Assembly (NCBI GenBank): GCA_037142195.1
Contig: JBAXBA010000040.1
Span: 1 to 29,474 of the forward strand
Direction: 5' to 3'
Length of the DNA: 29,474 nucleotides
Origin: Pseudomonadota bacterium
GTDB taxonomy: Bacteria > Bdellovibrionota_B > Oligoflexia > Oligoflexales > CAIMVM01
The notes under the pieces are model-generated. The model worked only from the letters and a program-made list of their open reading frames with translations, ran no database searches and was not told where the DNA came from. A program made the translations under genes and the position numbers. Positions 18,185 through 25,777 of this stretch are shown here, piece by piece. The first letter of the stretch is position 1, and the number at the start of each line of letters is the position of its first letter.

Positions 18185-19100
18185 TAATGCATTCCTTTAC
18201 TCGCTCAAGACCATGACTAACATGTAGGTCATTGAAGTCGCTATAGTTTGATTCTTCCTCTGTGAACACAGGAAATACTGCGCAGCCTTTTACCTCCTTT
18301 GCTGCTTCTAAAGCTTTTTTCCTCCCGGGGTTTTGTGGATTTGACCTATCGTCATCGCCAGCTATGACAATCACTATTTCGGGGTATCTATCTCGTAATT
18401 GAGATGCCACTGAAACAAGATTTCCCGAGTCAAAGGCAACAAATACAGGTAGTTCTGTAGCCATATGGGCCGATGCACCTGTTGCAAATCCCTCACTTAC
18501 AAATACTGTTTTAGTCTTCTCTGAGAGGTCGCCGATCTGAAAAAAATTCCCTTTTTTTTGAGTGCCAGGTAGAAATTTCTTGATTCCCCCTTCAGGGATA
18601 AACTGCAGGCCCATTATTTGCCCTTTGAAATTATAGACTGGCACCACCAAGGAGTTAAGGTCTTTGTAGTTACTGACTTTTGTTCCGAATGAAGATACTT
18701 GTTTCCTCCTCAAATAGGGATGCTCAGATTCTACACATTGACTAAAAATCCAAGTTGCTTTTTCTGAACTATCTTTTTCAAATTGCTCTCTTTCTCGAAG
18801 CTCAGTATCTCTGATTTGGCTAATTAGTTTGCCTATTTTTTTCTTTTCTAGCGCCGAACCACGAAATTTGGAAGTGTAAGTTACCTTCTCCCCAGTTGCC
18901 CAGTCTCCAAAAACAATAGTTTTGTAGACCCTGTCGCGCCCGAAATTATGGGCGTATCCCACAAGCCAGGCAGATTCATTTTTTGGTTTCATTGGATTTC
19001 TTGAGAATCTAATGAGTTTGCCATCTAAACTCAGTTTAGATTTGTGTTCTAATATTCCGATCTCACCGAGCCACGCGTCAATTGATGATTCCTTATCCAT
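18027..19100 (-). CDS. Toprim-domain DNA primase (TraC/P4 alpha-like)
   Basis: HPYLRRK, LQFI, SEGFATG, AFDSGNL, AGDDD and SDFNDLH. SD GAGGAGG; overlaps alpA by 8 nt. Confidence 0.9.
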   Translation of the reverse strand: MDKESSIDAWLGEIGILEHKSKLSLDGKLIRFSRNPMKPKNESAWLVGYAHNFGRDRVYKTIVFGDWATGEKVTYTSKFRGSALEKKKIGKLISQIRDTELREREQFEKDSSEKATWIFSQCVESEHPYLRRKQVSSFGTKVSNYKDLNSLVVPVYNFKGQIMGLQFIPEGGIKKFLPGTQKKGNFFQIGDLSEKTKTVFVSEGFATGASAHMATELPVFVAFDSGNLVSVASQLRDRYPEIVIVIAGDDDRSNPQNPGRKKALEAAKEVKGCAVFPVFTEEESNYSDFNDLHVSHGLERVKECINGQIDRFENRIKGALSTLSVFSIFFDSGEVQKLGKAELEALDLLENRLPTSF

Positions 19101-19320
19101 GGTCGCCTCCTCTGGTATTCTTCACCTGGGACGCGATCCATTCCTCGATCTCATTTTCTAGCCAACCAACGGCACTTATGCCCAGCTTTATCGGCTTAGG
19201 AAAATGACCTTCTTTTATGTGGTTATAAATGGTTGAGCGACCTAAACCTGTTTTGGACTTTACTCGATTTAACCTTAAAATTTCACTATTCGGAACTGTT
19301 TGATGCTTTTCCACTTTCAT
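19093..19320 (-). CDS. alpA: AlpA-family regulator / recombination directionality factor
   Basis: ILRLNRVKSKTGLGRSTIY...GHFPKPIKLG..AVGWLENEIEEW. The ATG at 19320 is preferred over the TTG at 19347. Confidence 0.93.
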   Translation of the reverse strand: MKVEKHQTVPNSEILRLNRVKSKTGLGRSTIYNHIKEGHFPKPIKLGISAVGWLENEIEEWIASQVKNTRGGDHG

Positions 19321-19395
19321 AATTAGTCCTTCAAATGTTTTTTCCAAGACCGCCTTGGATGAAAAAGTTATGAACTTTTATTTGAAGGAATTCAT

Positions 19396-19424
19396 TAGTG
19401 ACATAGTGACACGATCATGTGACA
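19396..19424. promoter_or_regulatory. Three direct GTGACA repeats upstream of alpA
   Basis: TAGTGACA TAGTGACA cgatca TGTGACA. Confidence 0.55.
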
Positions 19425-19518
19425 GGAGCTTTTAGAGCGCTGTGCTTGATTTAAAATTACTCATAAATATAGATACTTAGACTATTTTAAGATTGTCTCA
19501 AAATTTTTACTTTTCTTC

Positions 19519-20214
19519 TTAGCGGCTACTTACTGTCAGTTTTTTTTTGGATTTTGGTTTTGGTTTCGCTTTCGACTTGGATTTAGATGCGGTTTTTACT
19601 TTCTGTTCGGAAACTTCCTCATCTCCTGAAGGTTGAATTGCCGCTGCGATGCTGACTGCAGTTCTCTCGCCGATGCCATGTTTCTCGACTAAATGGTCTA
19701 TCACAAATTTCTGTTGGGGTTTTTTTCTATCCTGAGGCGGCCCATATTGGTCCCACATAGTCTCTGCTAAGGCTGACATAAATTTATTTTTGTATGGCAG
19801 CGTAATGCCTTCTCCCCCTTCTTTAACTTGCGATGGAGATAAGTTGTAAATTTCAAATGCTCGATCCATTGGTAAGTTTTTATCTTTTAACCAAAGTCTA
19901 AACTCATGCAATGAAACGTAGAGATTTTCGTTGCCATTAGAATCAGTAATAAAATACATGTTTTTCCATTTACCTGAATTTGATTTCATATCTGCAATAG
20001 CCAGCTTCGTTCGATTCCTATATTGATCTAATCGATTAAGTGTGTCAGGTTCAATTTTATGATAATCTAATCTTTCTATTTGCTGGCATGCTGCCCATAG
20101 ACAATCACCGAATGATAGAATAACAGCCTTTTCAATCGATACCGCATCTTGACTCCACCAAAAACTAAAGTCAGCACCTGGTTTGAAAAAACAAAGGTCT
20201 TTATATTTTTCCAT
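19519..20214 (-). CDS. Hypothetical protein with a C-terminal HTH-like segment and basic tail; putative island regulator
   Basis: Overlaps the integrase by 14 nt. PQQKFVIDHLVEKHGIGERTAVSIAAAI looks HTH-like, and the end is Lys-rich. Confidence 0.7.
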   Translation of the reverse strand: MEKYKDLCFFKPGADFSFWWSQDAVSIEKAVILSFGDCLWAACQQIERLDYHKIEPDTLNRLDQYRNRTKLAIADMKSNSGKWKNMYFITDSNGNENLYVSLHEFRLWLKDKNLPMDRAFEIYNLSPSQVKEGGEGITLPYKNKFMSALAETMWDQYGPPQDRKKPQQKFVIDHLVEKHGIGERTAVSIAAAIQPSGDEEVSEQKVKTASKSKSKAKPKPKSKKKLTVSSR

Positions 20215-21388
20215 TAGTCAAACTCTCCAAATAATCAGCCCATGCTTGCATCATCTTCTTCCTCTCAGGCAAATGTTGAGTTCTGTTATAGGCACGTCCA
20301 AGCGCATCTCTGACAGCGTGAGCAAGTTGATGCTCGATGAGATGGGGAGGGAATCCCAGAACCTCATCCAAAAGCGTCCGCGCCATCGCTCTAAATCCAT
20401 GACCACACATTTTGTCACTCGGTATTCCAAGGCTTCTAAGAGCTGCTAAAACTGCATTATCAGACATAGCCCGGTCGTTAGTCCTAGCAGAAGGAAACAC
20501 AAAACGTCCTCCTCCTGTCAGAGGTCTAATCTCATTTAAGATTTCTAGCGCTTGTCTTGAAAGCGGGACAATATGATCGGTTTTAGTTTTTGAAACCGTA
20601 AAACGCCATTCTCCTGAATCCATATTGATATGAGCCCACTCAGCTTGCCTAAGCTCACCTGGACGAACAAAGACAAGGGGAGCTAGTTTAAGGGCTGTAG
20701 TTACGATAGGCGAGCCGCGATACCCATCAATGGCTCTGAGAAGTTCTGCCACTTCTTTTGGTTCGGTTACCGCAGGAAGGTGATCGCCCTTTACTTGAGT
20801 CAAGGCTCCTCTTAGGTCCCTGGAAGGGTCGCTGGCAAGGCGTCCTGTAGCAATCGCATAACGGAAAATCTGCCCGAAATTCCCTCTGGTTCTATGGGCT
20901 GTTTCATAGGCTTCTCGACCTTCGATTCTGTGGAGGACTTTTAAAAGATCTGGTGGGGTAATGGCATCGACGGGCATCTTTCCAATGTAGGGAAAAACAT
21001 CCCGGTGAAGACGCTGGGAGATGCGAGTAGAGTGGTTGTTAGCCCAAACCTTGTTTTGTTTGGTAAGCCATTCCTGTGCCACTTTTTCAAAATGGTTCTG
21101 ATTAGATTCTATACTGGCTGCTTTTTCCTCACGTCTAATCTCCATGGGATTGGTCCCATTAGCGATTAATCTTTTGGCATCCTCTTTTCGGTTGCGGGCA
21201 TCTTTGAGAGAGATCTCTGGATATTTGCCTAAAGAGATGAGTTTTTCAGCACCATCAAAGCGGTACTTGAGACGCCAGAGTTTGCTGCCTGCGGGGGTGA
21301 CTTCTAGGAAGAGTCCACCTCCGTCAAAATACTTTTTCGTTTTCGTCTGAGGCTTGATGCTCTTTACTTTCAAGTCTGCCAAAGCCAT
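20201..21388 (-). CDS. int: P4-family tyrosine integrase with an N-terminal arm-binding domain
   Basis: DGGGLFLEV...GSKLWRLKYR...LGKYPEISL, with catalytic residues in VRPGE, HGFR, LAH and AYN. Confidence 0.97.
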   Translation of the reverse strand: MALADLKVKSIKPQTKTKKYFDGGGLFLEVTPAGSKLWRLKYRFDGAEKLISLGKYPEISLKDARNRKEDAKRLIANGTNPMEIRREEKAASIESNQNHFEKVAQEWLTKQNKVWANNHSTRISQRLHRDVFPYIGKMPVDAITPPDLLKVLHRIEGREAYETAHRTRGNFGQIFRYAIATGRLASDPSRDLRGALTQVKGDHLPAVTEPKEVAELLRAIDGYRGSPIVTTALKLAPLVFVRPGELRQAEWAHINMDSGEWRFTVSKTKTDHIVPLSRQALEILNEIRPLTGGGRFVFPSARTNDRAMSDNAVLAALRSLGIPSDKMCGHGFRAMARTLLDEVLGFPPHLIEHQLAHAVRDALGRAYNRTQHLPERKKMMQAWADYLESLTNGKI

Positions 21389-21390
21389 TT

Positions 21391-21551
21391 TGGGGGTAAC
21401 CTCTTTTGGGAATATTCAACTTACCCCCAGATCTACCCCCAACTTACCCCAGATGTCAATGGACTTCTCGGGACCCCGCGGGACGGGGCATTTAGTTAAG
21501 TAATTGATTTTGTATGTTTATTTGGACTTTGCGGGACCCCCTGGGAAGGGG
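21391..21551. promoter_or_regulatory. Integrase-proximal att arm: arm-type repeats, IHF site and GC-rich direct repeats
   Basis: TGGGGGTAAC (21391-21400) is inverted relative to three TACCCC units at 21418-21452. The reverse complement of 21497-21509 is AATCAATTACTTA (IHF consensus). 28-bp imperfect repeats lie at 21461-21488 and 21524-21551. Confidence 0.75.
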
Positions 21552-21554
21552 AGG

Positions 21555-21909
21555 TGGTGGAGGTGAGGGGAATCGAACCCCTGTCCGAACAAGTGATGGA
21601 AGTAGCGCTACATGTTTAGTCTAATGATTTCATGTCAACGTTTGGACGTCCCATAGACAAACTTCCAAACATCCAGCCTGATTGATCTCGTACCTGCGAC
21701 TCCAGACGGAAGTTGCTTGCACCAGCTACAGTAATTGCGGCTTCCAAGACGTTGTAGCACCATCAAGGTTGCCGGCTGCTTATATTAAGCGGCTAGAGCG
21801 TAATCGTTGCCGACTAAGCATTGGGTTCCGTTTGATAAGCGAGCCAAAACCCAAGCTCGCACATGCTCTCCAACTCATCAATCTTGCCCGTCGAAACCAG
21901 TACACCCCC
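21555..21909 (-). ncRNA. ssrA: tmRNA (355 nt); tag reading frame GNDYALAA* at 21811-21785
   Basis: 5' GGGGGUG pairs with 3' CACCUCC-ACCA, including the G3-U wobble. 5' GGUUUCGAC, T-arm GGGGUUCGAUUCCCC, and a tag ending in ALAA-stop. Confidence 0.97.
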
Positions 21910-22127
21910 ATTAAAACCACAAGCAATCGGGACAATATAGCAGGTTTGACCGTCTTAGTGATAGATAATAACGCTGGTAGAAGGTGGAGAGGTCTCTCAT
22001 CCAGCCTCCGGGCCTTACTCTTTTGCGTTTTCGCCCCGCCAAGGCGCTTTCTTGCGTCTAACTGCGCAAAGAGGTTTTCAACGCTCGAAAAGAGACCTAT
22101 ATTTGTCGTTTCAACAGTGAGGTCCCT

Positions 22128-23306
22128 TTGAAAAAAAAACGCTTAGGAATCATAGGCGGCGGGCAACTTGCCATGATGCTGGCTGATGCCGCAAGAAGCA
22201 TGAAATATTCTGTAACCGTTCTATCAGAGACTGAGAAGGAACCTGCCATTTCCCATGCAGATGACTTTGTTGTCGGTAGGTTTAACGAAGAATCTTCTTT
22301 TTTAAATCTATTTTCCAAGTGCGATGTAATCGCTTTTGAAAGCGAGTTTTCCAATACAGCTGCGCTAAAAAAGGTTGCGGATAGGTTCCCTTATATCGTA
22401 GGCCTTCATTTAAGTGCACTCGATCACTTAGCCGACAAACTTAGGCAAAAGCAATTTCTCGTGGAACTGGGAATTCCTACTGCTGCCTATTCCGTAATGA
22501 ATGGAAACCCTGAAACTTGGCTGAGAGACTTAAAGAATCACTACCCCCAGGGCTGTATGCTCAAGTGGGCAAAGGGCGGGTATGATGGAAAAGGCAATTT
22601 TCTTTGGCGATATCAGCCGGATCTGCATGTAAAGGCCCTTGATTTTGTTTCTAAGGCCTTGGATAAAAATATCTCCATCTATGCGGAAGAGCTGGTAGTT
22701 TTCGAGAAGGAACTGGCCGTGGTAACGGCTAGATCCGTGTCTGGGGAATCTTTGAGCTACCCCACAATGATTACTGTGCAAGGGGATGGTATTTGTTTAG
22801 AAGCGCTTGGGCCTGCCGTGAGTTTGGCTCTGCCATCAAAATGCGCAGATCGTGCGGAAGCGATTGCCAAAGAAATTGGAAACAAGGTGGGCTTATATGG
22901 CGTTTTTGCGGTGGAGTTTTTTTATACTCCCAGCGGGGATGTTTTAGTGAATGAAATTGCTCCTCGGGTACATAATTCCGGACACTTTAGTCTTGGGGCA
23001 GCTGAGGTCTCCCAGTTTACGGCCCACTGGCTATGTCTATTGGGGGAGCCTCTTCCCCCTTGGGGATGCAAGTCCTATGTGGGTATGCTGAATGTTCTAG
23101 GACCTGCTAAGATCCAAGGTGAAGTGACGCCGCTTTTATATAGCAGTACGGGAATTGTCTCATATTGGTATGAGAAACGAGATTCCCGACCAGGCAGAAA
23201 AATGGGACATATGGTTATTTTTGCCAACTCCCAAGCAGAGTTTGATTTAAAATGGGCGGAAGCCCGAAGCGTCCTTAAGGAGTGGCACACTTCCTATAAT
23301 TCCTAG
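22128..23306 (+). CDS. purK: N5-carboxyaminoimidazole ribonucleotide synthase
   Basis: GIIGGGQLAMM, DKLRQK, GGYDGKGN, NEIAPRVHNSGH and RPGRKMGH. TTG start preceded by GAGG. Confidence 0.96.
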   Translation: MKKKRLGIIGGGQLAMMLADAARSMKYSVTVLSETEKEPAISHADDFVVGRFNEESSFLNLFSKCDVIAFESEFSNTAALKKVADRFPYIVGLHLSALDHLADKLRQKQFLVELGIPTAAYSVMNGNPETWLRDLKNHYPQGCMLKWAKGGYDGKGNFLWRYQPDLHVKALDFVSKALDKNISIYAEELVVFEKELAVVTARSVSGESLSYPTMITVQGDGICLEALGPAVSLALPSKCADRAEAIAKEIGNKVGLYGVFAVEFFYTPSGDVLVNEIAPRVHNSGHFSLGAAEVSQFTAHWLCLLGEPLPPWGCKSYVGMLNVLGPAKIQGEVTPLLYSSTGIVSYWYEKRDSRPGRKMGHMVIFANSQAEFDLKWAEARSVLKEWHTSYNS

Positions 23307-23367
23307 AATATAGGGATCTGCTCTTGATGAGAAAATTAGTAAATGGGAAGTTCAATGAGGAGACCAA

Positions 23368-23844
23368 GTGCTTAAAAAAGTAGCTATAATCATGGGAAGT
23401 GACAGCGATCATTCCGTTATGAAGGAGGCAGCTGCTGCTCTCTCGGAATTAAACGTGGAATTTAAGATGCAGATTGTATCAGCTCACCGTACTCCCAAGG
23501 AGATGGCGCAATTTGCTGAATCTGCCAAAGAAAACGGCTATGGGGTCATTATTGCCGGAGCGGGAGGAGCTGCTCACTTACCGGGAATGGTTGCTGCTCA
23601 TACCACTCTTCCCGTAATTGGCGTCCCGGTACCCATCGGTCCCTTAGCGGGACAAGACGCTTTGTGGTCCATTGTGCAAATGCCCAAAGGAGTTCCTGTT
23701 GCTACCGTGGCCATAGGAAATGCCTATAATGCGGGGCTGCTTGCGGCCCAGATTTTAGGAGTTTTTGATACGCTTTTAGATAAGAGACTGGAAAGCCACC
23801 GAGAAGGCATGCGTAAGGCTTCCCTTGCTAAAAAGCTGCCTTGA
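23368..23844 (+). CDS. purE: N5-CAIR mutase
   Basis: [26 protein letters not shown] and [14 protein letters not shown]. Confidence 0.98.
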   Translation: MLKKVAIIMGSDSDHSVMKEAAAALSELNVEFKMQIVSAHRTPKEMAQFAESAKENGYGVIIAGAGGAAHLPGMVAAHTTLPVIGVPVPIGPLAGQDALWSIVQMPKGVPVATVAIGNAYNAGLLAAQILGVFDTLLDKRLESHREGMRKASLAKKLP

Positions 23845-23967
23845 GTCTTTAATGAGAAAGGTTCTATAAACTGCAATTTTTGAAATTTTGAATCCCCCTT
23901 CTCGTCCCTTAATGAAATGATCATGGCCTTAAGACAAAAGTCTTATAGTGCCGAGGAGCCAAGAAAA

Positions 23968-24399
23968 ATGAAGCTAATGGTTGTTATTGCACTCTTCGTA
24001 AGTACTTTAAGTTATGGTTTTGGACTGGGTCTACAGTTGGGCTCGACAGGTGTGATTACTGGCAAAGAAGAAAGGTCAGCAGATCGAACCGTTAAGGGCT
24101 CCATGGGCTGGAATACCAGAAATGGTGAAAATAAAATTATATTCACAGGCGATTACGTCATTCAAAACCTCAACTTTACGAGAATAGATAATGAACGGAT
24201 TGTGGGATATGCAGGCATCGGTGGAAAAATAGAAACCAGTGCGGACTTTGGAGTTCGGTTTCCATTGGGTGTCGCGTGGCATGCCAAGTTGGACCCTTTA
24301 GAGGTCTATTTAGAGGTTGCGCCGACATTGTATATCTATCCTTCTACGGAAATCGGCCTCGATGGCGCTCTAGGAGTCTTATGGTATTTAGGTACCTAA
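23968..24399 (+). CDS. Putative small outer-membrane beta-barrel protein
   Basis: Signal peptide MKLMVVIALFVSTLSYG, Gly/aromatic alternating strands, GVRFPLG, EVYLEVAP and terminal GVLWY. SD GAGGAG precedes the ATG at 23968. Confidence 0.7.
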   Translation: MKLMVVIALFVSTLSYGFGLGLQLGSTGVITGKEERSADRTVKGSMGWNTRNGENKIIFTGDYVIQNLNFTRIDNERIVGYAGIGGKIETSADFGVRFPLGVAWHAKLDPLEVYLEVAPTLYIYPSTEIGLDGALGVLWYLGT

Positions 24400-24444
24400 T
24401 CAGAATCCCAAAGAATAAGTTAGTAAATTATGAAGTTTTGGCCC

Positions 24445-24480
24445 AAAAAAAGGTTCCCCCGAGTAAACTCAGGGGAAGCC
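24445..24480 (-). terminator. Intrinsic terminator on the minus strand
   Basis: The minus strand reads GGCTTCCCCTGAG-TTTA-CTCGGGGGAACC-TTTTTTT. Confidence 0.85.
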
Positions 24481-24525
24481 AAATAAGGGGAGAGGCACAA
24501 CCTCAAACGGGTTACCCCGTTGGAG

Positions 24526-24675
24526 TTACTTGATAAGGAAATATCCCAGACATAAGCCTGCGAAGTAGCATGCGCTGACCACGGTCAACACGACACCACG
24601 TCGGATTTTTCCTGCTGGTACTACGGGAAGATTCAATTGACTCGGAAGTTCCGCTATTTTTTCCATAAATCTCAT
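24526..24675 (-). CDS. Unannotated 49-aa membrane peptide
   Basis: AGGAGG-aaac-ATG starts MRFMEKIAELPSQLNLPVVPAGKIRRGVVLTVVSACYFAGLCLGYFLIK*. It has a C-terminal hydrophobic helix and a terminator 46 nt downstream. Confidence 0.75.
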   Translation of the reverse strand: MRFMEKIAELPSQLNLPVVPAGKIRRGVVLTVVSACYFAGLCLGYFLIK

Positions 24676-24709
24676 GTTTCCTCCTAAAAATTACCACCAC
24701 TTACTCCTA

Positions 24710-24726
24710 TGCACTTCCCATGCCGA
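24710..24726 (-). promoter_or_regulatory. Putative sigma54 (-24/-12) promoter
   Basis: The minus strand reads TCGGCATGGGAAGTGCA, i.e. GG-N10-GC, close to TGGCACG-N4-TTGCW. Confidence 0.6.
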
Positions 24727-24874
24727 TGTGGGTCTCGTTGTTTGTTTTAATAAAAACAACGTGTTGCGAGATTGATTGCTAGAGTTTTCATGTACAAAGG
24801 TGTTAGAATCGTCAAGTAGCTTGACAGTTTGGACAGCCACCAGGGACCAAAATCGTAAGTCATCCGGAGCTTGA

Positions 24875-25777
24875 ATGCAGTTTAAAGGCTTTGATCAAAT
24901 GCTGCCATCGGAAGTCATTTCTGTGAAAGTAAATCACCAGGATGACGTTTTTTCGGTGTACGTATGGAGCCCGGAAAAGCCAATAAAACTGCATCCGTTT
25001 CTTCTTATCCACGACATGGGTGAAGATATGGCAGCATGGATTTACACCATTAAAACTCTAGTCAACGATGGGTACACGGTCTACGGATTTGACCTAAGGG
25101 GCCAGGGCCTTTCCAAAGAATTTTCTACAGCGGTTCCCTTCAAACAATACTGGCTGGAAGTGGTTCAGATTGTCTCTTCTATTTGTGAACGGCATGAAGG
25201 TCGTACTCCATTTATTATGGCGCAAGGATTAGGAGCCCTGATAGCACTCTCCCTCAATCGCTACAATCACAGGTTTTGTTTTGCACTTGTTCTAGCGAGC
25301 CCTTTGTTTAACCTTTCCGATCAGCTTTCTCACTCGCAGATTCTTGGAATCAAGTTCTATGCTAGGTTTATGCCCAACACCAATCTCCCGAAATGGCTTT
25401 CCCCTAGGTTTACTCGTAACCGCAAGATAAAGACCGGTGAGGAAGTGATTAAGATTCAGCCCCGTGTAACGGGATATATGGCATTAGAACTTTTTGAAGC
25501 CATCACGAGGTCTCATAAGATGCTTCAAAGGTCTTTTAATCCTGTGCTTTTTATCTGTCCAGAAGTGAGTCCTGTTCATCGCTATGATTTTATTCAACGG
25601 GCAACTGTCAAGGGGCAAGAAGAGCAAAAGGTTTCTTATGTCAGTATTCAAACCAAGTACCATAGTATTGTTAGTGATCGTGCAGAAGTTCTCGACACGA
25701 TTCGTGGCTATATTCTTCCCTGGGCTCATCGCATAGAAAAAGGTTTGCCATGGTCTATAGAGGAAAAAAATAAATGA
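24875..25777 (+). CDS. Alpha/beta hydrolase fold protein (lysophospholipase-like) lacking the catalytic Ser
   Basis: LLIHDMGE, GYTVYGFDLRGQGLS and LVLASP. The nucleophile elbow reads AQGLG instead of GHSxG. Confidence 0.8.
   Translation: MQFKGFDQMLPSEVISVKVNHQDDVFSVYVWSPEKPIKLHPFLLIHDMGEDMAAWIYTIKTLVNDGYTVYGFDLRGQGLSKEFSTAVPFKQYWLEVVQIVSSICERHEGRTPFIMAQGLGALIALSLNRYNHRFCFALVLASPLFNLSDQLSHSQILGIKFYARFMPNTNLPKWLSPRFTRNRKIKTGEEVIKIQPRVTGYMALELFEAITRSHKMLQRSFNPVLFICPEVSPVHRYDFIQRATVKGQEEQKVSYVSIQTKYHSIVSDRAEVLDTIRGYILPWAHRIEKGLPWSIEEKNK

Larger units (their letters stand above)
3575..21577 (-). mobile_element. ~18 kb tmRNA-integrated genomic island with a phage-satellite-like (P4/PICI-type) backbone and defence cargo
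   Basis: 23-bp direct repeats at both ends, a P4-family integrase next to ssrA, alpA, primase/helicase, and arm-type TACCCC repeats inside both ends. Confidence 0.93.

Noticed and set aside
3575..21577. Full prophage or ICE
   Set aside because: No structural, lysis, relaxase or T4SS genes lie between the att repeats.
21682..22131. 149-aa ORF on the + strand
   Set aside because: It is antisense to tmRNA and its promoter region, with no protein-like features.
22128..23844. purK-purE order reversed relative to E. coli
   Set aside because: This order occurs in many bacteria and is not notable.
24512..24700. 62-aa ORF in the track
   Set aside because: The overlapping 49-aa frame (24526-24675) has the perfect SD and a TM helix, so it is the better call.
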